A stretch of DNA of 45,792 bases from Candidatus Uhrbacteria bacterium (GTDB lineage Bacteria > Patescibacteriota > Patescibacteriia > UBA9934 > GWF2-40-263), in the NCBI GenBank assembly GCA_043808565.1, contig JAZDEQ010000067.1:1-45792 (forward strand), written 5' to 3'. The position numbers and the translations under genes are program-made. Positions 44,438-45,792 of this stretch are shown here, one piece after another. The notes below the pieces were generated by a model. It worked only from the letters and a program-made list of their open reading frames with translations, did not search any database and had not been told where the DNA came from. Position 1 is the first letter of the stretch; each line of letters starts with the position of its first letter.

Positions 44438-44510
44438 TGTAGAAGTCGTATAAGACGTAGAAATCGTAGATTTTACAATCTACGTTTTCTACGATTCTAC
44501 GCTTTCTACA
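44438..44510 (-). repeat. IVS-like long hairpin of CGTAGA/TCTACG words inside 23S domain I
   Basis: TGTAGAAGTCGTATAAGACGTAGAAATCGTAGATT / AATCTACGTTTTCTACGATTCTACGCTTTCTACA form an imperfect palindrome. It is inserted between the conserved GGAAA..AGATTAACTCATTGA and AGCGAGTCCATTCCCTTAGTAGTGGCGAACG blocks. Confidence 0.6.
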
Positions 44511-44903
44511 ATCAATGAGTTAATCTTTTTCCTTTCCTCTGGGTACTGAGATGTTTCACTTCCCCAGGTGCCCTTCCGGCGCCTATGTATTCAGCGACGG
44601 ATAATCGCGTTTTACGCGATTGGGTTGCCCCATTCGGATATTCCCGGATCAAAGGTTGCTTGCCACCTCCCCGAGACTTTTCGCAGGCTGCTACGTCCTT
44701 CATCGGCATGTTCTGTCGAGCCATCCTCCGTATGCCCTTAATGCTCTACAATCACTGAAAGAATCGATCCTTCAGTGTTTAAAATTTGTTCATTACCACT
44801 ATTGGTTCTCTTGATCTTCAGTTGTGAATGATCTATTCGGATCCATCCGGATCCGTGGCGTAGGGAACAAAATTTTTTGTTCCGTACACCGCGATCCCGG
44901 AGT

Positions 44904-44937
44904 CAAAAAAATCCGCGCGGCCGCGCGGATTTTATAA
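44904..44937 (-). terminator. Strong intrinsic-terminator-like hairpin upstream of the 23S gene
   Basis: The perfect 20-nt palindrome ATCCGCGCGGCCGCGCGGAT (44911..44930) is followed by U7 on the - strand. Confidence 0.5.
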
Positions 44938-45128
44938 AATCCATTTTATGGTTGTTATTAACAACCAGCGAGGCCTTGAAGATTGGTTTTGGTGGAAAAT
45001 ATCACAATGTGATGTCCTATCTTCACTGCCTTCCCTCTATCCCGTCTGGTGCTTTCGAGCCATCCCTGATCGAAGCTTAAATTCTTGGGACAAAGAAGGT
45101 GGTGATCTAATGTTTTAGTAGCGCGAAA

Positions 45129-45157
45129 ATTTTACACAAAAGGCTGAAGACTGTCAA
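45129..45157 (-). promoter_or_regulatory. Near-consensus sigma-70 promoter (TTGACA-17-TAAAAT) facing the 23S gene
   Basis: The - strand reads CTTGACAGTCTTCAGCCTTTTGTGTAAAATT. The -35 is at 45157..45152 and the -10 at 45134..45129. Confidence 0.55.
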
Positions 45158-45315
45158 GAGTTTAATCCACGGCGTGTCCACAGGGTGGTAATTTGGCTGG
45201 GTTTACGAAAGGTCTGGCGGTTTTAAAGGCAACAGAGGCATCGGAGGCAACAGAGGCAGCGTTTGGACAATTTATTTAATTGCTTATAAAATCATGGTAA
45301 AATTTCTAAGCAATT

Positions 45316-45672
45316 ATGATAAAAATCTCGCTAATAATCGTTGGTAAACAAAAACGTAGTCCGCACCAGGAAATTTGCGAGGAATATTTGAAACGCCTTA
45401 AATCAGACGTAGTGATCAAAATTCTTGAATTAGCCGAAACCCCATTCCGTTCAACGGCAGAAAAAGATAAGGTTTTAAAAACTGAAACCGAAAAAATCAA
45501 AAAGGCAATTCCGACGGATTCGTTTTTAATTGTTCTTGATGCGGCTGGCAAAACTTTTACTTCAGAAAAATTTGCCGAACATTTTGATCGTTTGTCAGAG
45601 AGCGGTGCTCGACCAATCACCATCATCATCGGCGGCCCACTTGGTTTATCAAATAGACCTGTTGTCATTTAG
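45316..45672 (+). pseudogene. rlmH: rlmH-like SPOUT methyltransferase (23S m3Psi1915), C-terminally truncated
   Basis: 118 aa with MIKISLIIVGKQK.., ..ITIIIGGPLGLS, then a stop. The E. coli-type protein continues about 45 aa past GGPEGLS (the knot and SAM site), and that part is missing here. Confidence 0.6.
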
Positions 45673-45696
45673 CCAACCAAGCTATAATAAAGACCT

Positions 45697-45792
45697 ATGA
45701 ACATTGGGAGGATTATAAAAGATGATCGTCAATTAAAAGCGCTCATTGGTATGGGCAAGGCTGAATTTCTTGCCCTTCTCGACGATTTTTCT
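45697..45792 (+). CDS. Partial ORF (5' end only), possibly a transposase-type HTH
   Basis: MNIGRIIKDDRQLKALIGMGKAEFLALLDDFS.. runs off the window. The pattern resembles N-terminal HTH_Tnp_4-type sequences of IS5-like DDE transposases, recalled from memory. Confidence 0.3.
   Translation, partial: MNIGRIIKDDRQLKALIGMGKAEFLALLDDFS

Noticed and set aside
45097-45108. AAGGTGGTGATC, which resembles the reverse complement of the 16S 3' end (anti-SD region)
   Set aside because: The flanking sequence does not continue as 16S on either strand, so this is an isolated 12-mer resemblance.

Overview
This looks like a low-GC chromosome segment (roughly 35-42% G+C, judged by eye). It is most consistent with a small-genome, CPR/Patescibacteria-like bacterium; that call is an inference from gene content, split transketolase genes, an intron-bearing 23S rRNA gene and no 16S rRNA gene next to it. 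The backbone is housekeeping: ileS, a pentose-phosphate/glycolysis set (rpiB, rpe, split tkt, fba, a PfkB kinase), cca, recQ, glycosyltransferases, an L,D-transpeptidase, tRNA-Ala(UGC), and a 23S-5S rRNA unit on the minus strand. The 23S gene carries a 749-nt group I intron that encodes a LAGLIDADG endonuclease.

The main result is two diversity-generating retroelement (DGR) cassettes.
- Locus 2 (26851..29665) is complete: reverse transcriptase, Avd-like four-helix-bundle gene, a 125-bp template repeat (TR) and a 125-bp variable repeat (VR) at the 3' end of a target gene. TR and VR differ at 16 positions, all at TR adenines in the coding sense.
- Locus 1 (132..2418) has the same layout, with 130-bp TR and VR and 13 differences, all at adenines. 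Its reverse transcriptase stops in a G10 tract before the catalytic YxDD region.
- Both loci are non-canonical. avd is inverted and sits head-to-head with the RT. TR is followed by a strong hairpin. The VR-TR spacers look homologous. TR plus target are strikingly GC-rich (about 60-68%), whereas RT and avd are AT-rich. Both targets appear to lack signal peptides.

The second theme is several families of palindromic or 'word-repeat' elements.
- A conserved hairpin, TGCCCG..AGCCC.AGCG..GGCGGGT, occurs four times.
- A palindromic cassette carries a GxxExxY gene, and a related copy is empty.
- A DUF559 gene is flanked by AACCCCTCAC..TCTCCCCCGGGGAGAGG repeats. One copy of this repeat lies in-frame inside ileS.

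Other points: a third GC-rich island next to tRNA-Ala, a possible promoter-to-terminator small-RNA unit upstream of the 23S gene, a C-terminally truncated rlmH, and a kinase gene bracketed by identical terminator hairpins. No CRISPR array and no recognisable classical defence operon was seen. All similarity calls come from motif recognition by eye, not from searches.
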